DNA of 64,000 bases from Actinomycetota bacterium. GTDB taxonomy: Bacteria > Actinomycetota > Actinomycetes > Mycobacteriales > Mycobacteriaceae. The notes beneath the pieces were generated by a model, which ran no database searches, was not told where the DNA came from, and saw only the letters and a list, made by a program, of their open reading frames with translations. Position 1 is the first letter of the stretch. Each line of letters opens with the position of its first letter. Location of the stretch: contig JBFMGT010000001.1 of assembly GCA_040752555.1 (NCBI GenBank), positions 402,352 through 466,351 of the forward strand, written 5' to 3'. This document shows positions 1-8,523 of the stretch, in pieces. The translations under genes and the position numbers were made by a program.

Positions 1-3
1 GGA

Positions 4-528
4 GTGACTGTGAGCAAGCTGGCGTTCTACCTCGCGGTCGTTAGCACCGTCGTTGCCATCATGTCACTCGCTGTGAGTCTCAATATGTTCCCACTTGGGC
101 AGACTGAACACGCGATAAGGCCGTCGACCTCGTCCACGTCTGCTGCGGAGCCCTCAGAAAAGCACGACGCAGCAATTGAGGCGTGTGTTGGCCTGAGGAA
201 CTTCAAGAGCGGTGTTGGGATTGCGCGTGGCGCCTTCATCGATCGCGTCGACCGGGCCAATGACTGGGAATCATCACAAAGCCTGGGGGTGCAGGGCTAC
301 TACTTCGGCGCGGTGGGTGCGGAGTTGAACTATATGGCCACCCGGCTGAGTCCAGGCGTACCACGAGAAATTGTTGATGCGCTCGCTGGTGTCCGGCGGT
401 CGATCGTGGCTGTGGTCGACGCAGATTTGCGCCGTGAACCCGCCTCCGTTTCCAACGACATGGTTGATCAGTACTCGAGTGCCCTGCGGGCCGCTGAAAG
501 TGCCTGCGAAGCAACGGGGGTCGGCTAG
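4..528 (+). CDS. Membrane-anchored/exported hypothetical protein (N-terminal TM helix, two Cys)
   Basis: 174-aa ORF with hydrophobic N-terminus LAFYLAVVSTVVAIMSLAVSL; stop overlaps next start (TAGTG). Confidence 0.65.
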   Translation: MTVSKLAFYLAVVSTVVAIMSLAVSLNMFPLGQTEHAIRPSTSSTSAAEPSEKHDAAIEACVGLRNFKSGVGIARGAFIDRVDRANDWESSQSLGVQGYYFGAVGAELNYMATRLSPGVPREIVDALAGVRRSIVAVVDADLRREPASVSNDMVDQYSSALRAAESACEATGVG

Positions 529-2876
529 TGGCCGCTTCACCACCCGCTCGTAGCTATTCACGCTTCATCGTGGCGCCCGATGTATGGCCGGTCACCCGCG
601 AGCAATCTGAAGGGCGGGCTGCTGCTCAACGTCGTCTGGCGATGGCGACTGCGGCTGCAGTAGATGCTCATCGGATCGCCTTGCACGGCTTGCAGGTTGT
701 CGGTGTGGCGCAGTCAAATGGCTTCGAAGCAATGCACGCTGCCTACAGGCGTATTCAGGTTCGGGCCGACGATAAGGCCGACGCGGATATGGCTGCCGCT
801 GATCTGATGCAGAGTGTTGCGGCGATCCAGATGAGTGCTGAGCTGATGATTGACACGATTGATGCTGAGGCACATCAACAACTGGTACACGTGCCGAGCA
901 GAAGTCCCACCGCTATCAACATCATTACCAGTGCTGCCGCGCGGGCGCGGGGAATCGCAGTAGGGGCCGCCGATGAGATCCGCGCTTTAACTGTGCAATT
1001 CGTCCAGGGATTTACGCCTCTGCCGGAGGGACCCCCGAATGGCGATCCGTTTAGTACCGGCGATGACGATCGGTCGACCGATAAGCGATCCGACGAATCG
1101 CCTGAGCGTCCACCCGAGGCAGCAGTGGAGACCGGTGATACGCAGCCCCGTCTTTCGGTGCCAGACCCGTCTGATGCCGAATCCAGGTCTGGTAACACTG
1201 CGCCGCGAGTCAGCACCGGGCCTACCCCTGGTCCTTCATCGCTGTCACCGCACCCCCCGGCGCAGAGCGCCAGTCCTGCGTCCGTAGCCGCGGTTGGTGA
1301 CATTGGAAGCAGTGGGGTAGGCCTCGCCGGACCAGGACGTTCCTCATCCATAGGCTCGTTGGCCGCGTTCGGAAGTTCGGCATCGCCGCTACCGGGAGCG
1401 GGCACTGGAGGAATGTCGCAGTCGGGTTCGGTACGACCGGCAGTATCTGCATCGCCGTCTCCTGCTGTCGCGCTGCAAGGGGTCATGCCTGCAAGTGGTC
1501 CTGCGCCGCTGTCATCGGTCACCGGCGCTCAGACGACTAGCATTCCTGCTTTCGTAGCCACTGCGACACCGGCGCAGCCGGCGGCATCTCCGAGTGGAAT
1601 CTGGCATCCGTCAATAGGGGCGACCACGGGTGCCGTGCCAGCGTCTATTGCCGGGCCGCAGGTAGTGTCGAGTACTAATCCCTATCCAGCCGTTTCAGCA
1701 CCCTTGCTGCCCCCGGGGCCGCTGGGTCCGCCGCCTTCAGTTCCGGCCGCAATTCCACCGGCCGCCGGTGCTGTCCCATTGATTGGCGGCGCTCACACCT
1801 CAATGGCGCCTGCCGCCGCATCGGTCGCGACGGCAGCGTTGACAACTCCCGCCGCGACGCTGCCGTCCCGGGTAGCGGCCGCGGCGGCCCGGGACTTGGA
1901 ACGGCGGCGCAACGAGTCGAGCGATCTACAGACGGTTAAACGGTTGGCGTGGGAACTGTTGTACGCCACCGAATCCTGCCGAACCTTCGCACTGTGGGCC
2001 GTCGGCCTGATGTATTCAGCGGCTGGCGATCGGCATGTTGTGGCGCTGACACATCACGGTGCGGGTTACGTCCCCGCGGGGATTGTGGTCCCGAAGGGCG
2101 TGCGGATGCTCTGGTCTGACCAAGCTATTGGAGAGGGCTTTCGTAGCCGATGGATCGGAAATCTCGATCCGGCTGCGACACTGATCGCCTTCGCAGAAGT
2201 CAAGGCCGCGGAGCCGGCTGGCTGGCGCTTAGCCGCTGCAGCGACCACCTGGTCTGACGTAACAGCGCTCATGACTGCCGCGCAACGCTGGGGCACTGAA
2301 TGGGCCACCTGCTCCGGTATGTCCATGCCCGCCTCAATCGGAAAACGGGACGCTATCGCCAACGCGAATACTCCGCACCGATTGGAGCGGGAGTACCCCG
2401 ACCTTTTCGAGCGTGTAGCGCAACTTCGTGCCAGAGGGCTTACCCAGCGAGCCGCCAAACTGGTCACGGAAGCAATCGTTTCCGACGCGCGCCTTGCGAT
2501 CGTCGCCGACGGTGGCCCCCGAATTCCGCCGAACTTCGACTCGGTATGGCCGGCTGCAGCAGACGGCAGAGTAGACGCTTCGGACCGCGCCCGTTTCGCC
2601 GAAGCGGTTCAGCAGCAATGGTTCAGCATCGGAATGGTGCAGCCGGGTTGGGAAGATGAACGCACTGACACCGTCTGTGCAGAGTACAGGGGGCAATGGC
2701 TTATTTGCCGGGCGCTTGAGGTGGTCCTGGGGTGGATAGCTGACGACAACTGCGGGGCAATGCAGGCGGACCTGCCGCTGGAAGACATGATCTACGCCGC
2801 AGCACATGCCTACCTCGACAGTCGGGAAACCGGCTGGATCACTGCAATTTTCGACACTGCAGGCGGTTCATCCTGA
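528..2876 (+). CDS. EspK-like type VII secretion-associated protein (helical N-domain, Pro/Ala/Ser linker, DUF5632-like C-domain)
   Basis: N-term PPARSYSRFIVAPDVW resembles recalled EspK RPTGSYARQMLDPGGW; long P/A/S linker; C-domain HGAGYVPAGIVVPKGVRMLWSD resembles EspK [22 protein letters not shown]. Confidence 0.7.
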   Translation: MAASPPARSYSRFIVAPDVWPVTREQSEGRAAAQRRLAMATAAAVDAHRIALHGLQVVGVAQSNGFEAMHAAYRRIQVRADDKADADMAAADLMQSVAAIQMSAELMIDTIDAEAHQQLVHVPSRSPTAINIITSAAARARGIAVGAADEIRALTVQFVQGFTPLPEGPPNGDPFSTGDDDRSTDKRSDESPERPPEAAVETGDTQPRLSVPDPSDAESRSGNTAPRVSTGPTPGPSSLSPHPPAQSASPASVAAVGDIGSSGVGLAGPGRSSSIGSLAAFGSSASPLPGAGTGGMSQSGSVRPAVSASPSPAVALQGVMPASGPAPLSSVTGAQTTSIPAFVATATPAQPAASPSGIWHPSIGATTGAVPASIAGPQVVSSTNPYPAVSAPLLPPGPLGPPPSVPAAIPPAAGAVPLIGGAHTSMAPAAASVATAALTTPAATLPSRVAAAAARDLERRRNESSDLQTVKRLAWELLYATESCRTFALWAVGLMYSAAGDRHVVALTHHGAGYVPAGIVVPKGVRMLWSDQAIGEGFRSRWIGNLDPAATLIAFAEVKAAEPAGWRLAAAATTWSDVTALMTAAQRWGTEWATCSGMSMPASIGKRDAIANANTPHRLEREYPDLFERVAQLRARGLTQRAAKLVTEAIVSDARLAIVADGGPRIPPNFDSVWPAAADGRVDASDRARFAEAVQQQWFSIGMVQPGWEDERTDTVCAEYRGQWLICRALEVVLGWIADDNCGAMQADLPLEDMIYAAAHAYLDSRETGWITAIFDTAGGSS

Positions 2877-2878
2877 CA

Positions 2879-3649
2879 ATGGATTCGCTGCCTCAGGAGG
2901 TAGATGGTGAAGCTTGGCGCGCCGAGCTCGCGCGGCAGCATACGTATCTGGCGAACGTCGTCGATCAAGCATGTGCCTGGACGCGCGAGTTCCACGTTCA
3001 AACTGAGGTTGAGCTGTGCGGCAACTACACCTCACTAAAGAGTTATCCCCTGCTGGACTACGCGAACAGGCTGAGACAGCTCAGCTCAGCACTAAAAAGA
3101 GTGTGCGCAATTGCTTCGCTACAGCCTCCGCCGCCGACCTGGGACCGCACGACCCTGCATGCGCCCCCGGCTATAGCGGTGCCCGGGCGAGACCCAGATT
3201 GGCGACGGGCCGATTACTCGGAAGGCGGTCGGTACCTGCTGATGCTTCAGCCCACTTCGCCACACGGATACCCGGCTACCGCTCGTGAACAGTGGAGCGC
3301 TGCCCTTCGCCTTGCGAGCCCAAGCGTCATCGAACGCGAAATCGGTGTGCCGCAACTAGTTGCGTACGGTTGGATGGCTCGATCGGAGTTCGACAAAGCA
3401 TATCGGGTGGTGCACAGAGCGTTTCTCGACAGTGCGGCCGCCACGTTTGGTCGTGCGTGGGCTACCGGATCTTCCGAGGATGGAACTCGTTCAATGACCG
3501 TGCTGGTGAGTTGGATGAAGGCACTGACCGACCATGGGTGCTCCTTGGGTGATTGTGATTCCGTGCTTCGTGACATCGAGGTCGTAGACCCGCAAGCTGT
3601 CGCGGATTGCAGAGCAGTCCAGGAAGTTTGGTGCCCTCCCACGCCCTGA
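2879..3649 (+). CDS. Hypothetical protein
   Basis: 256-aa ORF starting 2 nt after the EspK-like stop; no family recognised. Confidence 0.6.
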   Translation: MDSLPQEVDGEAWRAELARQHTYLANVVDQACAWTREFHVQTEVELCGNYTSLKSYPLLDYANRLRQLSSALKRVCAIASLQPPPPTWDRTTLHAPPAIAVPGRDPDWRRADYSEGGRYLLMLQPTSPHGYPATAREQWSAALRLASPSVIEREIGVPQLVAYGWMARSEFDKAYRVVHRAFLDSAAATFGRAWATGSSEDGTRSMTVLVSWMKALTDHGCSLGDCDSVLRDIEVVDPQAVADCRAVQEVWCPPTP

Positions 3650-3769
3650 CCTGCTCCGCCAGTTGATACAAGGCCGAATGCGAGAGTGGCGCCTGCGGCA
3701 GTCTTTGGCCTCACGGTGCTTCACTGCTCTCGGGCATGTAACCGGTGACCTCATACCCTTGGACCAATC

Positions 3770-3910
3770 GTGAAGATCATTGCAATGCAGGACCTCCTAG
3801 AGAACTTCGACGAAGTGCTCTTGAGCGTCGAACGAGGGGATTCATTCGAAATCCGGGCGGAGGATGGTCACGCCATCGCCCTGCTGCTGCCGATTCAGGA
3901 TGAGCTCTAG
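3770..3910 (+). CDS. Phd/YefM-like antitoxin-fold small protein (46 aa), not in ORF track
   Basis: Manual translation from GTG: MKIIAMQDLLENFDEVLLSVERGDSFEIRAEDGHAIALLLPIQDEL, matching the Phd pattern (MKTI...NF.E.L..VE.GE...I...G..+A.L.P). Confidence 0.65.
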   Translation: MKIIAMQDLLENFDEVLLSVERGDSFEIRAEDGHAIALLLPIQDEL

Positions 3911-4040
3911 GACCAAGCCGACCCACCGAGGCGAGCTGTTACACGTCGACGCTTCGCCGGTATTGACGCATCATCAGACCGGACGAAACGGTATGCGATC
4001 AACTATCTGGGCACCTGATTCCCTGCACCACAGCGCACGG

Positions 4041-5618
4041 TCACGACGCTGCCGCCGTGCGACCCTCGCCAGCCTTCGCGTCGGCATTCAAAACTTTCTG
4101 CTGACTCCGGTCGAAGTTCGCGTTCTCGCTGATCTGCGTAAGCGAGAGACGCGAGGGTTGCGAGGCTCGCTGAGCCACAACATCTTTGTACGGCGGATAG
4201 ATTGTCCACAGCAGTACGTTCCTGCGGTTGCGCGCGCCATCATCTTCGATCACCCATCCGAGGTTGCGTAGAGCGGGTGCGTGCCTACGCAGCAGCCCAG
4301 AAACGTCGCGACCGTTCTTCGGCCAGTCCCTCGGTCGTTGCCAGTCGTCGTTGACCGGTGTGAGCAGCATCAGCAAATCACTGCCGGATTGACCAACAGC
4401 AGGTTCTAATGTCCGCGAGCGAAGCTGTTCGATAAACGGGTCGACGGACAAACTGTCCTCAGACAACTGATTGGCGCGCGACATGTACCGGCGTACGCCA
4501 TTAGTCGACAAGATCTCGTCCACGGCCGCCAGCGTGCGACAGAAGTCCGCCATCCTGGGCGAGTCCTCAACTTTGATGGTATCCAACCGATGGTGAACGG
4601 AGGCAGCCAAGTCAAGTAGTCCGCCAAAAATACCTGGTAGAGCTGTTTCCCACCGCTGTCGCATCTCGGCCTCTGACTGTCGCATTCTGGGGTCGATGCG
4701 TCGCAGCTCGACGATCGCTAGCCGCTCTGCCAGATCGGGTCGGATGGCGCCGACGTCGATTCCGTTGATAATCACGCATCGACGAAACTTGATGACAGCC
4801 AGATCGGCATCGGTATATAGAGACCGTTTCACCATGGCGTCGCCTGTCGCAGCGCGGCATAAAGAGTCCGACAGCCACGGCGGGATGGCCGACAGGTTGT
4901 CCAGAGCAACGACCCACGATCCAGACGCGGCAACCGCCCATGAGTCCGCGTCCCGCGGCGCCTGACGAAAGGGGGCGGGCGAAGGATCGATGAGTTCGAC
5001 CAAGCTCCGTGTCGATGTCGTTTTAGCGCTACCTTGCTCGCCAAACAGGGCTAGTACCGGATGCGGGACGTCGCACTGAACCAAAGCAGCTACTAGGAAC
5101 GCGAGAAGAACTGGGCGGTCCTCAACGGCGACATTGACGAACTCCCAGAGCTTCGTCACATCCCCGCGGGAGCTTGGTGCCGGCATCGCCCCCGTCAGCT
5201 TCGTATTTCGGAGGAACCGCACCGGCGCAGTGGGAGCCATCGACCACCTTCCGTCGCAGACTTTGATTACTTGACCGTTTGGATCTCCGGTGTCGATGTA
5301 GATCGTCCCGTGGTGGTCGGCAACGCGTAGGTTCAACTTGTCGGGTGCCTGCGTGGCCGCCAGACCTTCCAAAATCAGTGTGGCGTCGGTAAGTGCTTGG
5401 CCCCCGGCGACCGCACCGGTCTCGGTGAAGTAGCGAGCGGCGAGATCTGCCCGTAGGCCAGCCCTCCCACCACGCAGGAGTATCGCGAGGTGGGGTCGAC
5501 TGCGTTCGGCGCCAAAAGGTTCGCCGTCCTTTGAGACTCCGAGAACATAGCGTTCCCGGGCCATATCGACTAAGCGTGCCGCGACTGACTTCTTGTCCCC
5601 CTCCCCCCTGCCGTTCAA
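4041..5618 (-). CDS. P-loop NTPase, putative replication helicase of the element
   Basis: Walker A-like LFGEQGSAKT, Walker B-like VVALDN, IINGID; lies downstream of the HTH gene in an integrase module. Confidence 0.7.
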   Translation of the reverse strand: MNGRGEGDKKSVAARLVDMARERYVLGVSKDGEPFGAERSRPHLAILLRGGRAGLRADLAARYFTETGAVAGGQALTDATLILEGLAATQAPDKLNLRVADHHGTIYIDTGDPNGQVIKVCDGRWSMAPTAPVRFLRNTKLTGAMPAPSSRGDVTKLWEFVNVAVEDRPVLLAFLVAALVQCDVPHPVLALFGEQGSAKTTSTRSLVELIDPSPAPFRQAPRDADSWAVAASGSWVVALDNLSAIPPWLSDSLCRAATGDAMVKRSLYTDADLAVIKFRRCVIINGIDVGAIRPDLAERLAIVELRRIDPRMRQSEAEMRQRWETALPGIFGGLLDLAASVHHRLDTIKVEDSPRMADFCRTLAAVDEILSTNGVRRYMSRANQLSEDSLSVDPFIEQLRSRTLEPAVGQSGSDLLMLLTPVNDDWQRPRDWPKNGRDVSGLLRRHAPALRNLGWVIEDDGARNRRNVLLWTIYPPYKDVVAQRASQPSRLSLTQISENANFDRSQQKVLNADAKAGEGRTAAAS

Positions 5619-5751
5619 AGGGTTTCCTGCCCGTGGTGCTGTCGCTTATGGGCATGCTGCGCTATTCTCATGAGGAACTTCCGTGTGGCGTGATCGGGTG
5701 GTTCGAACGAAGGCCTCGGCTAGTCCCCGAGGTCTTTTTCGTGCGGAGGCA

Positions 5752-5952
5752 CTAAGCGGCGTCGCCGCCTCCGCGGCGGGTTGCGCTCTCTCGCTCCGAT
5801 ATCCAGCGCAATACCTCGGCCCTGCGATAAACGACTCGGCGTCCCAAGGTGAAACTCGCCGGGCCAATATTCGAATGCCGCCAGTACCTCAGCGTCCCCA
5901 TCGGAACTCCAGTGATGTCCGAAACTTCCTTCGCTCCTAGCAAATCCATCAA
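5752..5952 (-). CDS. AlpA/excisionase-like HTH protein
   Basis: 66 aa, LLGAKEVSDITGVPMGTLRYWRH...GP...GRRVVYRRAEVLRWI; divergent from integrase. Confidence 0.85.
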   Translation of the reverse strand: MMDLLGAKEVSDITGVPMGTLRYWRHSNIGPASFTLGRRVVYRRAEVLRWISERESATRRGGGDAA

Positions 5953-6151
5953 ATTACTCCTCAGCTATGGTCGGTTCGCCTGAGCCAACAGTGACTGGTG
6001 ACTTGACGGTCTGTCCACGACCACAGCCACATTCGCTTGAAGAAAAGCCTTTCAATGACTCGGGGGTCGTGACGTCTTCGGCGGGCTCATGGTCCGGCCT
6101 CCGGACAACGAAGCGGATGAGGGGAGCGGAGTACTGCGGTACTTTCAGCGT

Positions 6152-7363
6152 ATGACGACTCGAAACGAGCGAGCGGGAATTGACGACCGCTGGCACAAAC
6201 GAGTCAAGGCGCCGGACGGCGCGATGCGCACTGAGCGGTCTGCGGTATATGGCAAGGTGTCGCGATGGCGTGTCAGGTGGGTTGACGCCAGTGGAGCCGA
6301 GCGCACCAAGAGTTTCCAGCGTAAGCCGGATGCGCAGGCCTACCTAAATGGGCTGACCGCCGATGTGCAGCGCGGCGAGTATGTCGATCCGCGGAAGAGT
6401 GCGCAGACTTTCGGATCGGTGGCCGAGCAGTGGTTCGCCACCAAACAGCACCGCAAGCCGAAAACCGTTGCCGGATATCGCTCGTTGCTCGACACTGTGG
6501 TGCTGCCGAAGTGGGAAAGTGTTCAGCTGAAAAGAATTAATTACGAATCATATTCAACGTGGCTAGGGGCGCTGTCAGTCGACGGCGGGCAACGCGGAAC
6601 CGGCCTGTCGGCAAGTCGGATCACCCAAGCTCATCAGCTGGTAGGCGCTGTCCTGAAGTACGCCCAACGGACTGGCAAGGTGGCGAAGAACGTCGCGTTC
6701 GAGATCAAGCGGGACGAAGATCTTCCCGAGCAAGGCGAGCGTGAGCGGCGCTATCTGACCCATGCCGAGCTGCTAATGCTGGCGAAGGCTGCTGATCGGT
6801 TCGAGACGCTGACGCTCGTTCTCGGGTACTGCGGACTGAGGTTCGGCGAAGCCGTTGCGTTGCGCCGCCGGCATGTGGGGGATCGGATGCTGACGGTGCG
6901 CTCGTCCGCAACAGCCGTCACCGGTAAGGGCATCGTGGAGTCAACGACTAAGACGAAGCGGGATCGTCACGTGCCTGTGCCCGAACCGGTTTGGAAAAAG
7001 CTAAAGGCCGAGCTGCCCGCCGACCCCAACGCGCTGGTCTTTCCCAGCCGAAAGGGCGGGTTCCTTCCACTTGGCGAATACCGCTGGGCGTTCGACAACG
7101 CGTGTGCTGATATCGGCATCGACGGGCTGGTACCGCACGGGCTGAGACACACCACGGCGTCACTGGCGATCAGTGCAGGCGCTAACGTCAAGGTCGTGCA
7201 GAGACTGCTTGGGCACGCGACCGCCGCGATGACGCTCGACCGCTACGGCCATCTTCTCAATGACGATTTGAGCGGTGTGGCGGACGCCCTGGGGAAGGCT
7301 ATCGACAGCACTGCGGTATTACTGCGGTATTCAGAGCATCGTGACGAGGCGGAAAGGGCCTAA
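6152..7363 (+). CDS. int: Tyrosine recombinase/integrase
   Basis: Catalytic motifs GLRFGE (R), PHGLRHT (HxxR), LLGH...MT...Y; ATG at 6152 chosen over 6089. Confidence 0.95.
   Translation: MTTRNERAGIDDRWHKRVKAPDGAMRTERSAVYGKVSRWRVRWVDASGAERTKSFQRKPDAQAYLNGLTADVQRGEYVDPRKSAQTFGSVAEQWFATKQHRKPKTVAGYRSLLDTVVLPKWESVQLKRINYESYSTWLGALSVDGGQRGTGLSASRITQAHQLVGAVLKYAQRTGKVAKNVAFEIKRDEDLPEQGERERRYLTHAELLMLAKAADRFETLTLVLGYCGLRFGEAVALRRRHVGDRMLTVRSSATAVTGKGIVESTTKTKRDRHVPVPEPVWKKLKAELPADPNALVFPSRKGGFLPLGEYRWAFDNACADIGIDGLVPHGLRHTTASLAISAGANVKVVQRLLGHATAAMTLDRYGHLLNDDLSGVADALGKAIDSTAVLLRYSEHRDEAERA
7310..7331 (+). repeat. Tandem 11-bp repeat ACTGCGGTATT x2 (putative integrase arm-type sites); related ACTGCGGTA at 6133-6141
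   Basis: Direct reading of sequence. Confidence 0.7.
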
Positions 7364-7383
7364 ATTAGGCTCTGAACTGCAAC

Positions 7384-7457
7384 GCCCCCATAGCCCAATT
7401 GGCAGAGGCAGCGGACTTAAAATCCGCCAAGTGTCGGTTCGAGTCCGACTGGGGGCA
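7384..7457 (+). tRNA. tRNA-Leu (anticodon TAA), short variable loop, no encoded CCA
   Basis: Acceptor GCCCCCA/TGGGGGC, anticodon arm GCGGA-CTTAAAA-TCCGC, T-loop GGTTCGAGTCC. Confidence 0.93.
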
Positions 7458-7595
7458 CGGCTGGACTCCCGAGCCCGCGGGCGGTGACGGCTCGAATCGG
7501 TGGACGACGCCCACCAGCCCACTCATCTGCAACCGCCCCGACCAGCACCTGTCGTCGCCAGAGGAAAAGCCAACCTTCATGGGTACCCCGGCCTC

Positions 7596-8396
7596 ATGAT
7601 CCGGTTCCTCGCCATATGTGCGGCACTCCTCATCGCCGCCGTCGCGTCGCCCGCGACAACCGCAGCGCAGCCCGCCACGCCGCCGGGCCCAACCGCGCCC
7701 GCCGACTTCGTCGTGCTCGCCGACGTCGACCCGACGATCCTGCACGACATCCGTTACGTGACGCCGCACAACTTCACGGGTGAACCGGTCACGGGTTATG
7801 CCGAGCCGCTGTGCATCCTCACCCGACCTGCGGCCGACGCCTTGTCCAGAGCGCAGCGGCTTCTGCTGCCGCAGGGCTATTCGCTCAAGGTGTACGACTG
7901 CTACCGGCCCCAGCGCGCGGTCGACGATTTCGTCTCCTGGGCCCAGGACATCCCTGATCAGCGGATGAAGCCCGAGTTCTACCCCCGGGTGGACAAAACC
8001 ACCCTCTTCGCCGACGGCTACATCGCCGACAAGTCGGGCCACAGCCGCGGCAGCACCGTCGACCTGACATTGGTGCAGTTGCCGGCGACAACGACCGCGC
8101 CCTACATCGTCGGTCAACCCCTGGTGGATTGTGCTGCACCGCAACCGGTTCGCTTCCCCGACAACAGCATCGACATGGGTACCGGCTTCGACTGCTTCGA
8201 CACCCTCAGTCACACCTTCGACCCACGCATTCACGGCGCGCAACTGTCCAATCGCCTCCTCCTCAAGGATGCGCTGGAAGCGCAGGGGTTCGAGTTCTAC
8301 GACAGCGAGTGGTGGCACTTCACGCTCGCCGACGAGCCGTACTCCGACACCTTCTTCGACTTCCCCGTCGACCGGACAGCGATCTCGCCCCGCTGA
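7596..8396 (+). CDS. D-Ala-D-Ala dipeptidase, VanX/M15 family, with signal peptide
   Basis: YDCYRP, SGHSRGSTVD, EWWHF motifs; hydrophobic N-terminus. Confidence 0.9.
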   Translation: MIRFLAICAALLIAAVASPATTAAQPATPPGPTAPADFVVLADVDPTILHDIRYVTPHNFTGEPVTGYAEPLCILTRPAADALSRAQRLLLPQGYSLKVYDCYRPQRAVDDFVSWAQDIPDQRMKPEFYPRVDKTTLFADGYIADKSGHSRGSTVDLTLVQLPATTTAPYIVGQPLVDCAAPQPVRFPDNSIDMGTGFDCFDTLSHTFDPRIHGAQLSNRLLLKDALEAQGFEFYDSEWWHFTLADEPYSDTFFDFPVDRTAISPR

Positions 8397-8523
8397 CGAG
8401 CCCCCTCACGCAACCTGGGAGTTGACTGTGAGGTGGCGGCAACACGACTGTCCACGCACTGTTGCGAATCGGCAATCCGATCGGGGAACTCTGAGGACAA
8501 CGGTCTTCCCCGAAAGGTTCTCC

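Larger units (their letters stand above)
1..7370. mobile_element. Integrative (satellite/PICI-like) element, right part; left end outside window
   Basis: Integrase next to a tRNA, divergent AlpA/Xis-like HTH, P-loop NTPase, and cargo genes with visibly less GC-biased codon usage than genes after the tRNA. Confidence 0.8.

Noticed and set aside
3911-4040. Possible toxin partner for the Phd-like gene
   Set aside because: No ORF of suitable size or motif before the convergent NTPase
1-7300. Left att copy of tRNA-Leu
   Set aside because: No duplicate of either tRNA half was seen by eye in the window; presumably further left
7365-8318. Long antisense ORFs (e.g. 7365..8318, 9851..11317, 13495..14715, 48792..50732)
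   Set aside because: Shadows of well-supported genes on the opposite strand, with no motifs
8433-8523. Possible GlnR box or riboswitch upstream of FNT-cynS
   Set aside because: Spacing of the AC half-sites does not fit convincingly and no aptamer was recognised
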